Both the position numbers and the translations under genes were made by a program. Shown here piece after piece: positions 1 through 6,139 of a stretch of DNA of 7,335 nt (its first letter is position 1; each line of letters starts with the position of its first letter). This DNA is from Nanopusillaceae archaeon (GTDB taxonomy: Archaea > Nanobdellota > Nanobdellia > Nanobdellales > Nanobdellaceae). The notes below the pieces were generated by a model. The model ran no database searches and was not told the origin of the DNA. It saw only the letters and a list, made by a program, of their open reading frames with translations. The stretch lies in NCBI GenBank assembly GCA_049973735.1, contig JBMFJL010000029.1:1-7335 (forward strand). Reading direction: 5' to 3'.

Positions 1-1117
1 CTACTTCTTTTTCAACCTCTTCTATATTTTTTTCAAATTTTGTAATATACATAGCATCTCCAAATAACCTTTTGAATATGTTGTTTTTAGTTTTTGTCAA
101 AAATAAAAATTTTTCTCTTTTAATTCTACCATCAACATAATCTTTATCTATATACTCTTCATATTTATTAATGAAATAATTAATTGCTTCATCTAGTAGA
201 TTTTCTTTATCAACATCAAATCCAGGTATTACTAGTGAAAATAGAGAATAATCATATTCTAACCAGCTATCTAATGTTTGTATATATCCAATTCCATATT
301 TATTTCTAAATATTTGAAATGTTTTAGATGAAATACCTCCAGATAGCAAAATCTGTAATGCTTCTAAATAGAATATATCGTCTTTATCAAAATATGTAGA
401 TAAAGAAAAATAAATTTGATCCTTTATCTCTTTTTTTCTTATTATTATATCTTTACCATTATCTATTGTAGGTTTTTTCTTTTTATCACTATTACCTTCA
501 ATTTTTTCGAAATACTCTTTTACCTTTTTAATATGATAATTTCCGAATTTTCCTTCAACAATTATAAACATATTGTCAGGGTTATAATATTTTTCTTTGA
601 ATTCTTCGATATCTTCCTTATTTATATTATTTATAGTTTCTTTAGTTCCTCCAATAGGATCTCCCAAATCAGAATCTCCAAATAAAGATTTAGGAATATT
701 AATGTTTAGTAAGCTTTCTGGGTCGTTTTCGTGTCTCAATATTTCAGACAATATTATTTTTTTCTCATTTTCATATTCATTTTCTTTAAATTTTTTGTTT
801 ACTATTGCATGATATAATATATCTAAGGCTATATCAAAACCTTCATGCACAGTTTCAACGAGATATGCTGTTAAATCATAACTAGTAAAGGCATTAGATA
901 TGCCACCATTTAATTCTAATCCATAATCTATCTGTTCTGCGCTGTATTTTTCATTTGACTTAAACATCATATGTTCTAAAAAGTGAGATATACCTCTTTT
1001 CTCTTTATCTTCATATATAGATCCAATTTTAAATCCTATCAATATGCCAATACTATTTGAGCCTTCTATCGGTATCTTGTATAAAGGTATTTCGTTTTTT
1101 AGGATCTCTACTTCCAT
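1..1117 (-). CDS. M16-family (pitrilysin/insulinase-like) zinc metallopeptidase, C-terminus cut off by left window edge
   Basis: Absent from the supplied ORF track because it has no stop inside the window. Hand check: the minus-strand frame from ATG (complement of 1115-1117) is open for 372 codons down to nt 2, with no TTA/CTA/TCA in that phase of the + strand. An in-frame stop lies just upstream (complement of 1136-1138). Translation begins MEVEILKNEIPLYKIPIEGSNSIGILIGFKIGSIYEDKEKRGISHFLEHMMFKSNEKYSAEQIDYGLELNGGISNAFTSYDLTAYLVET. It carries the inverted-zincin HxxEH motif (HFLEH, nt 971-985), the downstream glutamate block ENEKKIILSEILRHENDP, and GDPIGGTKETINNINKEDIEEFKEKYYNPDNMFIIVEG, all typical of peptidase family M16. 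Confidence 0.85.
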   Translation of the reverse strand, partial: MEVEILKNEIPLYKIPIEGSNSIGILIGFKIGSIYEDKEKRGISHFLEHMMFKSNEKYSAEQIDYGLELNGGISNAFTSYDLTAYLVETVHEGFDIALDILYHAIVNKKFKENEYENEKKIILSEILRHENDPESLLNINIPKSLFGDSDLGDPIGGTKETINNINKEDIEEFKEKYYNPDNMFIIVEGKFGNYHIKKVKEYFEKIEGNSDKKKKPTIDNGKDIIIRKKEIKDQIYFSLSTYFDKDDIFYLEALQILLSGGISSKTFQIFRNKYGIGYIQTLDSWLEYDYSLFSLVIPGFDVDKENLLDEAINYFINKYEEYIDKDYVDGRIKREKFLFLTKTKNNIFKRLFGDAMYITKFEKNIEEVEKEV

Positions 1118-1158
1118 GAAGATAATATATATAAGTTAATGCATTTAATAATAATTCT
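1118..1158. promoter_or_regulatory. 41-bp divergent promoter region (M16 peptidase <-> aIF5A) with two TATA-like tracts
   Basis: AATATATATAA (1124-1134) is centred about 30 nt upstream of ATG 1159. TTTAATAATAATT (1144-1156) is centred about 33 nt upstream of the minus-strand ATG at 1117. No SD-like GGAGG/GGTGA. Exact TATA assignment by eye is uncertain in DNA this AT-rich. Confidence 0.45.
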
Positions 1159-1560
1159 ATGCCAGAAATACAAATCAAAAAGGTGATTGATCTAAAAAAA
1201 GGATCATATGTATGGTACAATAATGAGGTATGGGAAGTATTAGAAATGGAGGTAGCAAAAACTGGAAAGCACGGATCCGCAAAGGCTAGGATAGTAATGA
1301 GATCCTTAACTACTGGAAAAACTACAGAAATATCGAAACCAACTCAAGATCCCATAGAAGTACCAGTAATAAATAAAATAAGAGGACAAGTTATAGCAAA
1401 AGTTTCTGATGATGTTTATACAGTAATGAACATGGATACATATGAAACATTCGATGCAAAGGTTTTAGATGATACATTAAAAGGTAGGATACAAGAGGGA
1501 CAAAAAGTATTGGTTTGGGATATAGGAGAGAAAATAATAGTTCAGGCCTTTAAAGAGTGA
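1159..1560 (+). CDS. eif5a: Translation initiation/elongation factor 5A (aIF5A)
   Basis: ATG 1159, TGA 1558-1560, 133 aa. Hypusine-loop signature AKTGKHGSAKARIV (modifiable Lys = K37) followed by an OB-fold-like C-terminal half. Size is typical of archaeal aIF5A. Confidence 0.95.
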   Translation: MPEIQIKKVIDLKKGSYVWYNNEVWEVLEMEVAKTGKHGSAKARIVMRSLTTGKTTEISKPTQDPIEVPVINKIRGQVIAKVSDDVYTVMNMDTYETFDAKVLDDTLKGRIQEGQKVLVWDIGEKIIVQAFKE

Positions 1561-1627
1561 GAAAAAGTTTAGATTATATAATAAAACATCAAAAACAAAA
1601 ATTTGGAAGAAAAAATACACTGGATTA

Positions 1628-1657
1628 TTTTTGTTGTAATTATTATTACAGCTACAA
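1628..1657. terminator. T5 run plus imperfect AT-rich hairpin between convergent aIF5A and ATL-EndoV genes (possible terminator)
   Basis: T5 at 1628-1632. In the hairpin, TTGT-TGTAAT (1631-1640) pairs with ATTACA (1645-1650) and ACAA (1654-1657), with a TATT loop and a GCT bulge. All pairs but three are A-T, so stability would be low in a thermophile. Confidence 0.25.
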
Positions 1658-1790
1658 TAATTTAAATATAAAATATGATTATTTAAGTTATTTCAATTTA
1701 AGATATAATCACTATAGTAATTATTTGAACTTTCCTTGGAGTAAAAGCTTTATATATAGATTTTTCTTGAAATCTTATCCATTTACTTTT

Positions 1791-2684
1791 TCAAGTGGAG
1801 CTTCTTATCTTTTTACTAATTATATCCGCAATCCTTATAGGTTCTGGATAACTCCCCTTTATCCAAAATTTATATGAAAGTTCTTTTGCAGTTTCTAATC
1901 TTATTAAATTTCCTGGAGAAACATATATAGATTTTCCGAATTTTTTTAAAACATAGCCTCTTATTTCATTATCAATTATAATTTTATCATCTAATACTTT
2001 TCCATATAGCAATGATTTTGCAATACCTATTGTTGGTATATTTAAAATCACTCCAACATATGAGGCAAGGCCCATCTTAGTAGGATGAGAGATTCCATGA
2101 CCATTTACAAACAGTATATCTACCTCTTCTTTTATTCTACTAAATGTCTTTATAATTGCCTCGCCTTCTCTAAAAGCTAAGAAGGTTGGTATATATGGAA
2201 ATTCGATTGTTTCTTCAAAAATATATTTGTTTATAACCTTAAGATTTTTGTCTAATATTACATATACTACGTAACCAGTGTCTCCTTTATAGCTAATGTC
2301 CACACCAGCCAATAACTTTACTTCATCTTTTAGATCTTCTAATATAATTTTTTTAGCTAATTCTTTTTGAATATTTCTATATCTTTCTAATATTTTTTCT
2401 TTCACTTTGAATTCCTTAAATAAAAATTTTTTTAAATTAATTATTCTATTATTTTCAATCTTTATTCCTTCTTTAATTAAAATTTCTTTTTGTATTTCAT
2501 CATTTATAGTTCCATTTTCATTTACAACTCTCCACCAAGGACAATTTAATTTTTTATAATAAGTTATTATAAATTTTATGGCATATTCAGATCCCAAAAA
2601 TTCACTAAGTATCTTAAATGTTGATACTTTCCCTTCAGGTATCTGATTTATTAAATCTTGCAGACTTTCAAGAATTATATGCAT
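1791..2684 (-). CDS. nfi: Fusion protein: N-terminal alkyltransferase-like (MGMT/AGT DNA-binding domain, Cys->Trp) + C-terminal endonuclease V-like domain
   Basis: ATG = complement of 2682-2684, stop = complement of 1791-1793, 297 aa. Residues 1 to about 90 resemble the MGMT/AGT C-terminal DNA-binding domain (IPEGKVSTF...; NCPWWRVVNENG at the position of the PCHRV motif, PWWRV = nt 2526-2540). Residues about 95-297 are colinear with E. coli/T. maritima endonuclease V blocks: LAGVDISY, FPYIPTFLAFREGE, FVNGHGISHP, PTIGIAKSLLYG, YVSPGNL, YPEPIRIAD. Confidence 0.9.
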   Translation of the reverse strand: MHIILESLQDLINQIPEGKVSTFKILSEFLGSEYAIKFIITYYKKLNCPWWRVVNENGTINDEIQKEILIKEGIKIENNRIINLKKFLFKEFKVKEKILERYRNIQKELAKKIILEDLKDEVKLLAGVDISYKGDTGYVVYVILDKNLKVINKYIFEETIEFPYIPTFLAFREGEAIIKTFSRIKEEVDILFVNGHGISHPTKMGLASYVGVILNIPTIGIAKSLLYGKVLDDKIIIDNEIRGYVLKKFGKSIYVSPGNLIRLETAKELSYKFWIKGSYPEPIRIADIISKKIRSST

Positions 2685-2725
2685 AATATTAATAATTTAA
2701 AAAACTTTTTATTGTTATTATTTAA
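2685..2725. promoter_or_regulatory. 41-bp divergent promoter region (ATL-EndoV <-> small membrane protein/rpl15e operon)
   Basis: ATAATTTAAAAAA (2692-2704) lies about 28 nt upstream of ATG 2726. TTTTTATTGTTATTA (2706-2720) lies about 29 nt upstream of the minus-strand ATG at 2684. No SD-like sequence. Confidence 0.45.
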
Positions 2726-2989
2726 ATGACAGATTGGTTGAAGGAGACTCTGCTAGGATTAGTATTGTTAATAGTTGGATTAGTGCTACTTGGGAACTGG
2801 TGGGAATATTTTGTAATAGTATTCAAAGGATTAATCGGAATATTGTTGGTAGCAGTTGGATTAATATTATTATGGGTAGGATATGAAGATAAAAAAATTG
2901 AGGTTGAATTAAAAGAAGTAGAAAAAGAGTTAAGTAAAGAAGAAACTGATAAGGAGAAAAAGGAAGAACAAAGTGATAAAAAACAATGA
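2726..2989 (+). CDS. Small membrane protein, two predicted TM helices plus Lys/Glu-rich tail, unknown function
   Basis: ATG 2726, TGA 2987-2989, 87 aa. Two mutually similar Gly/Leu/Val-rich hydrophobic segments (LLGLVLLIVGLVLLG and LIGILLVAVGLILLWVG) are followed by the charged tail KIEVELKEVEKELSKEETDKEKKEEQSDKKQ. The ATGA stop/start overlap with rpl15e argues it is a real translated ORF. No family recognised by eye. Confidence 0.6.
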   Translation: MTDWLKETLLGLVLLIVGLVLLGNWWEYFVIVFKGLIGILLVAVGLILLWVGYEDKKIEVELKEVEKELSKEETDKEKKEEQSDKKQ

Positions 2990-3507
2990 AGTCCTTTTAT
3001 AATTATATTTCAAAACTTTGGAGATCAAAAAATAAAGATCAAAAACTTAAAGAATTGTGGAGAAAGAGATTGATGCAATGGAGAAGAGAGCCAGCAATTA
3101 TTAGAATAGAGAGACCAACAAGATTAGATAGAGCAAGAAAATTAGGTTGGAAACCAATAAATGGAATAATAGTAGTTAGAGTTAGAGTAAAAAAAGGATG
3201 GAGAAAGAGAAAGGATATGCCAAGACATGTAAAAACTGTAAGTTACTATTTCTATAGACCTTTAGATATTTCATTGAGAGCAATTGCAGAACAAAGAGCA
3301 CAGAGAAAATATCCAAACATGGAAGTATTAAATTCTTACTATGTAGGAGAAGATGGAAGATATAAATGGTATGAGGTAATATTGGTTGATCCTCTAAATC
3401 CAAATGTAGCTTCGAGGGAAGAATATTCTTGGTTGTTATTAAGCAAAAATAGGAAAAGAGCCTTGAGAGGTTTGACTCCCGGATTTAGAGATAGTAGGCA
3501 ATTATAA
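2986..3507 (+). CDS. rpl15e: 50S ribosomal protein L15e (eL15)
   Basis: ATG 2986 overlaps the upstream TGA (ATGA). 173 aa. YISKLWRSK, RIERPTRLDRARKLGWKPINGIIVVRVRVKKG, YKWYEVILVDP and RALRGLT blocks are the L15e family signature. The C-terminus looks shorter than the roughly 190-aa archaeal versions I recall (from memory, unverified). Confidence 0.93.
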   Translation: MKSFYNYISKLWRSKNKDQKLKELWRKRLMQWRREPAIIRIERPTRLDRARKLGWKPINGIIVVRVRVKKGWRKRKDMPRHVKTVSYYFYRPLDISLRAIAEQRAQRKYPNMEVLNSYYVGEDGRYKWYEVILVDPLNPNVASREEYSWLLLSKNRKRALRGLTPGFRDSRQL

Positions 3508-3549
3508 CACTGTTATTTTTATAAAACATAATATATAAATTAATTTTAT

Positions 3550-4239
3550 ATGTTAAAGATTGAAGGCCTAAATGTATATATTGGAGATAAAAAAATACTT
3601 GATAATATTAATTTAGAATTTGATTATGGTAAACTATACGTAATTTTGGGACCAAATGGTTCTGGAAAAACATCTTTGTGTAGGGCAATATTGGGTGATG
3701 AGAATATAAGAAAAGAAGGTAAAATAATTTTGGATAATGAAGATATAACAAATAAAAAGACGGAAGAAATAGCAAAATATATATACTACTCTCCTCAAAA
3801 TCCTGTAGAGATAGAAAACATAAAAATAAGGACCTTATTAATGAATATATTGGATAATTATGAAGAAGAAAAAATCAAGGAACTAGGATATAGTTTGGGA
3901 TTACCAAAAGATTTTTTAGATAGAGGAATAAATTATAATTTTTCAGGAGGAGAGAAAAAGAGATTTTCATTGCTATTATCCATATTATTAAATAGAAAAA
4001 TTTTACTGTTTGACGAAATAGACTCTGGAGCAGATATAGAATTTTTAATGAATCTTAAAAATTATTTGGAAAAATTTAAAAGAGAAGGAAAAACTGTTAT
4101 TCTAATTTCCCATAATATATATTTCATAAAAAATTTGGAAATGGACGAATTAATAATATTCTTGGGAGGAAAAATTAAATATAAAGGGGGTAAAGATATA
4201 TTGGAAAAAATCGAAAAATATGGATATTCAATTCTTTAA
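3550..4239 (+). CDS. sufC: Fe-S cluster assembly ATPase SufC (ABC-type ATPase)
   Basis: 229 aa. Walker A GPNGSGKT, Q-loop SPQNP, signature FSGGEKKR (the GGEKKR variant is characteristic of SufC), Walker B/D-loop LLFDEIDSGAD, H-loop ISHN. There is no transmembrane partner, and it is followed by a SufB/D-like ORF. Confidence 0.9.
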   Translation: MLKIEGLNVYIGDKKILDNINLEFDYGKLYVILGPNGSGKTSLCRAILGDENIRKEGKIILDNEDITNKKTEEIAKYIYYSPQNPVEIENIKIRTLLMNILDNYEEEKIKELGYSLGLPKDFLDRGINYNFSGGEKKRFSLLLSILLNRKILLFDEIDSGADIEFLMNLKNYLEKFKREGKTVILISHNIYFIKNLEMDELIIFLGGKIKYKGGKDILEKIEKYGYSIL

Positions 4240-4813
4240 AGGATTGTTTAAAAAATATTTTGACAAATATTTTGAATCTTTAGAAATAATAGAAAATAAA
4301 TTTAAAGAAAATTCTAATGTAATAGAGTTTGAAAGTGACGGTAAGATATATTATAATAAAATAGAATTAACTAGAGATAAAAAAATTATGATAAAAAATA
4401 CCAGTAAGACTATGCTATACAACGAATTTATAATTGAAGACAATGTAAATGTAGATTTTCTAATACAAAACACGGGAGAACTTTATATATACAATTTATA
4501 TCATATTAAAAGCAAATCTAAACTCAACATAAGGGAGAAGATATATAATGCAAAGAAAATAATAGCAATATCCAAGATATATATTCCGGAAGAATCTAAA
4601 GAATCAGAAGGGTATTTATATCAGATATTATATGATGAAAATAGCATATCTATACTGTTACCTATAATTGATATAAGAAATAATACTTCCAAAGGATTCC
4701 ATGGTTCAAAAAAACTAAAACTATCTAATGAAGAAATAAAATATTTAAAGTTCTTTACATTAGATGAAAATAGAATAAAAGAGCTTTTACTTAAAGACTT
4801 TATAAATATATAA
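4220..4813 (+). CDS. sufD: Miniature SufB/SufD-family protein (SufD-like, cysteine-free)
   Basis: ATG 4220 overlaps the sufC 3' end by 20 nt; TAA 4811-4813; 197 aa. The C-terminal block LLPIIDIRNNTSKGFHGSKKLKLSNEEIKYLKFFTLDENRIKELLLKDF matches by eye the SufB/SufD consensus P.L.I...V...HGAT.G.L..E.LFYL.SRG....A..LL..GF. The preceding alternating hydrophobic/polar stretch (IMIKNTSKTMLYNEFIIEDNVNVDFLIQNTGELYIYNLYHIKSKSKLNI...) fits the SufBD beta-helix. Position directly after sufC supports the call. The assignment rests on a short motif, hence moderate confidence. Confidence 0.65.
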   Translation: MDIQFFKGLFKKYFDKYFESLEIIENKFKENSNVIEFESDGKIYYNKIELTRDKKIMIKNTSKTMLYNEFIIEDNVNVDFLIQNTGELYIYNLYHIKSKSKLNIREKIYNAKKIIAISKIYIPEESKESEGYLYQILYDENSISILLPIIDIRNNTSKGFHGSKKLKLSNEEIKYLKFFTLDENRIKELLLKDFINI

Positions 4814-4843
4814 AAATATAAACTTTGGATACAATTTAATCTA

Positions 4844-5821
4844 ATGGCACAAGAGAAAGCGAGAGTATCAAAAGATCTTGAAGATTTACCAGGAGTAGGT
4901 CCAAAAACAGCGCAAAAATTGAGAGATTATGGTATAGTAACAATTGAAGATCTGGCTATGGCATCTGTTCATGAACTTGTTGAAAAAGTAGGACTTGGAG
5001 AAGAAGTTGCCAGAAGATTAATAGAATTAGCTCAAGAAGAAATATCTAGAGGTTTCTTAACAGCTTATGATTATTATAATGAGAGAAAATCTGTAGAAAA
5101 AATAACTACTGGATCAAAGGCTCTAGACGATTTACTTGGAGGCGGGATAGAAACGCAGGCCTTGGTTGAAGCTTTTGGAGAGTTTGGATCTGGAAAAACT
5201 CAGTTAGGTCATCAGTTATCTGTAAATGTTCAATTACCAAAAGATAAGGGAGGATTGTCAGAGCCTGATAGACAGGCAATGGCAGTTTATATAGATACAG
5301 AGGGAACTTTCAGGCCAGAGAGAATAGTAAATATGGCAAAAGGTATGGGTTTGGATCCTGATAGCGTATTAAAAAATATATTATATGTTAGGGCATATAG
5401 TTCTGATCATCAAATGAATATTGTAAAGAAAATACCTGCTCTAATAAATGAAGGTAAAAATATAAGATTACTAGTTATAGATTCAATTACTGCACACTTT
5501 AGAGCAGAATATGTAGGAAGAAGTAATCTTGCAGAAAGACAACAAAAATTAAATCAGCACCTAAGAGATTTATTAAAAATAGCAACAGCGTATAATATTG
5601 CAGTTTATGTTACAAATCAAGTTATGGCAAAGCCAGAGAATTATTTTGCAATAGATCAACAGGCAGTTGGAGGTCATGTACTAGCTCATGCAATAACTTA
5701 TAGATTATTCTTAAGAAAAGGTAAGGAAAAGACGAGAATAGCTAGATTGATTGATGCGCCCCATCTGCCTGAAAGAGAAGCTGTATTTAGGATAACGGAG
5801 GAAGGAATTAGAGATGTATAA
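4844..5821 (+). CDS. radA: DNA repair and recombination protein RadA
   Basis: 325 aa. N-terminal helix-hairpin-helix domain ([27 protein letters not shown]), Walker [10 protein letters not shown], Walker [14 protein letters not shown], plus VYVTNQV and GGHVLAH blocks. This is full-length RadA rather than the shorter RadB paralogue. No intein-like insertion. Confidence 0.97.
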   Translation: MAQEKARVSKDLEDLPGVGPKTAQKLRDYGIVTIEDLAMASVHELVEKVGLGEEVARRLIELAQEEISRGFLTAYDYYNERKSVEKITTGSKALDDLLGGGIETQALVEAFGEFGSGKTQLGHQLSVNVQLPKDKGGLSEPDRQAMAVYIDTEGTFRPERIVNMAKGMGLDPDSVLKNILYVRAYSSDHQMNIVKKIPALINEGKNIRLLVIDSITAHFRAEYVGRSNLAERQQKLNQHLRDLLKIATAYNIAVYVTNQVMAKPENYFAIDQQAVGGHVLAHAITYRLFLRKGKEKTRIARLIDAPHLPEREAVFRITEEGIRDV

Positions 5822-5823
5822 AC

Positions 5824-5836
5824 TTTTTATTTTTTT
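5824..5836 (+). terminator. Oligo-T archaeal terminator after radA
   Basis: T5 (5824-5828) and T7 (5830-5836) runs immediately follow the radA stop (5819-5821). Oligo-T tracts are the known archaeal RNA polymerase termination signal. Confidence 0.5.
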
Positions 5837-5877
5837 GATTAAAAAATTTATATTTTCATAAATTTATAATCTTATGT

Positions 5878-6129
5878 ATGGATAGGTACGAAGCATCATC
5901 TTTAATAAAGAAATATGTAGTTACCGATAAAGGTAGGAAATTGGGAGAAGTTGCAGATTTACAATTTGAAGAAAAAAGCGGAGAAATTTTGAATATGATA
6001 TTAGTAAATGCTACTGAGCATGCTGACAAATTGGGATTGGAAAAAACAAAGGATGGATATTTAGTACCTTTTGCAGCCGTTAAGGCTATTACAGATTTTA
6101 TTGTCGTTTCTGAAGAGGATTTAGTATAA
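5878..6129 (+). CDS. PRC-barrel domain protein (stand-alone, archaeal type)
   Basis: 83 aa. The pattern KKYVVTDKGRKLGEVADLQFEEKSGEILNMILV ... GYLVPFAAVKAITDFIVVSEEDL matches the single-domain archaeal PRC-barrel layout (G..lG.V.D...D...G.i..l.v ... vp...v......i.v). It has its own A/T-rich promoter-like tract upstream (about 5842-5856). Confidence 0.8.
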   Translation: MDRYEASSLIKKYVVTDKGRKLGEVADLQFEEKSGEILNMILVNATEHADKLGLEKTKDGYLVPFAAVKAITDFIVVSEEDLV

Positions 6130-6139
6130 AAATTATTTT

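Noticed and set aside
416-812. Track ORFs 416-685 (+, 89 aa) and 597-812 (+, 71 aa)
   Set aside because: Both lie entirely antisense to the well-supported M16 peptidase CDS. Their translations are Phe/Ile/Tyr/Ser low-complexity strings, as expected from reading an AT-rich gene backwards. No motif was recognised.
1561-1790. Structured ncRNA in the long gap (C/D-box sRNA, H/ACA RNA, or a Nanoarchaeum-style split tRNA half)
   Set aside because: No RUGAUGA or CUGA boxes on either strand. No GC-rich stems, whereas the bona fide tRNA in this window shows that structural RNAs here are about 65% G+C. No sequence resembling a tRNA half or its GC-rich complementary leader.
1557-1877. Track ORF 1557-1877 (+, 106 aa) as a real gene filling the aIF5A/EndoV gap
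   Set aside because: It starts at a GTG that overlaps the aIF5A stop. Its composition is Tyr/Asn/Phe-rich low complexity (CCNYYYSYNNLNIKYDYLSYFNLRYNHYSNY). The last 87 nt run antisense through the conserved C-terminus of the EndoV gene. No recognisable domain. It is kept only as a caveat in the 230-bp gap finding.
2541-2543. Cys48 (TGT) immediately before the PWWRV motif as a displaced alkyl-acceptor cysteine that would make the N-domain a true methyltransferase
   Set aside because: It occupies the position of the hydrophobic residue preceding Pro in the (I/V)PCHRV motif, not the acceptor position, which is Trp50 here. Acceptor chemistry depends on the Cys-His-water-Glu network at the canonical site. 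This is not excluded experimentally, so it is listed under the assays for the fusion finding.
3182-3403. Track ORF 3182-3403 (-, 73 aa)
   Set aside because: It lies entirely antisense within rpl15e, whose translation has strong family motifs. The hydrophobic low-complexity translation has no motif.
4184-4219. GGGGG at 4184-4189 as a Shine-Dalgarno site for the SufD-like ORF
   Set aside because: It lies about 30 nt upstream of ATG 4220, too far for SD function, and it encodes the conserved KGG of SufC. Expression of the downstream ORF is more simply explained by the 20-nt overlap and coupling.
4844-5821. RadA being a RadB paralogue, intein-containing, or otherwise unusual
   Set aside because: It is full length (325 aa) with the N-terminal HhH domain that RadB lacks. 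The Walker A and B boxes are contiguous with normal spacing. No intein-like insertion or frameshift is present.
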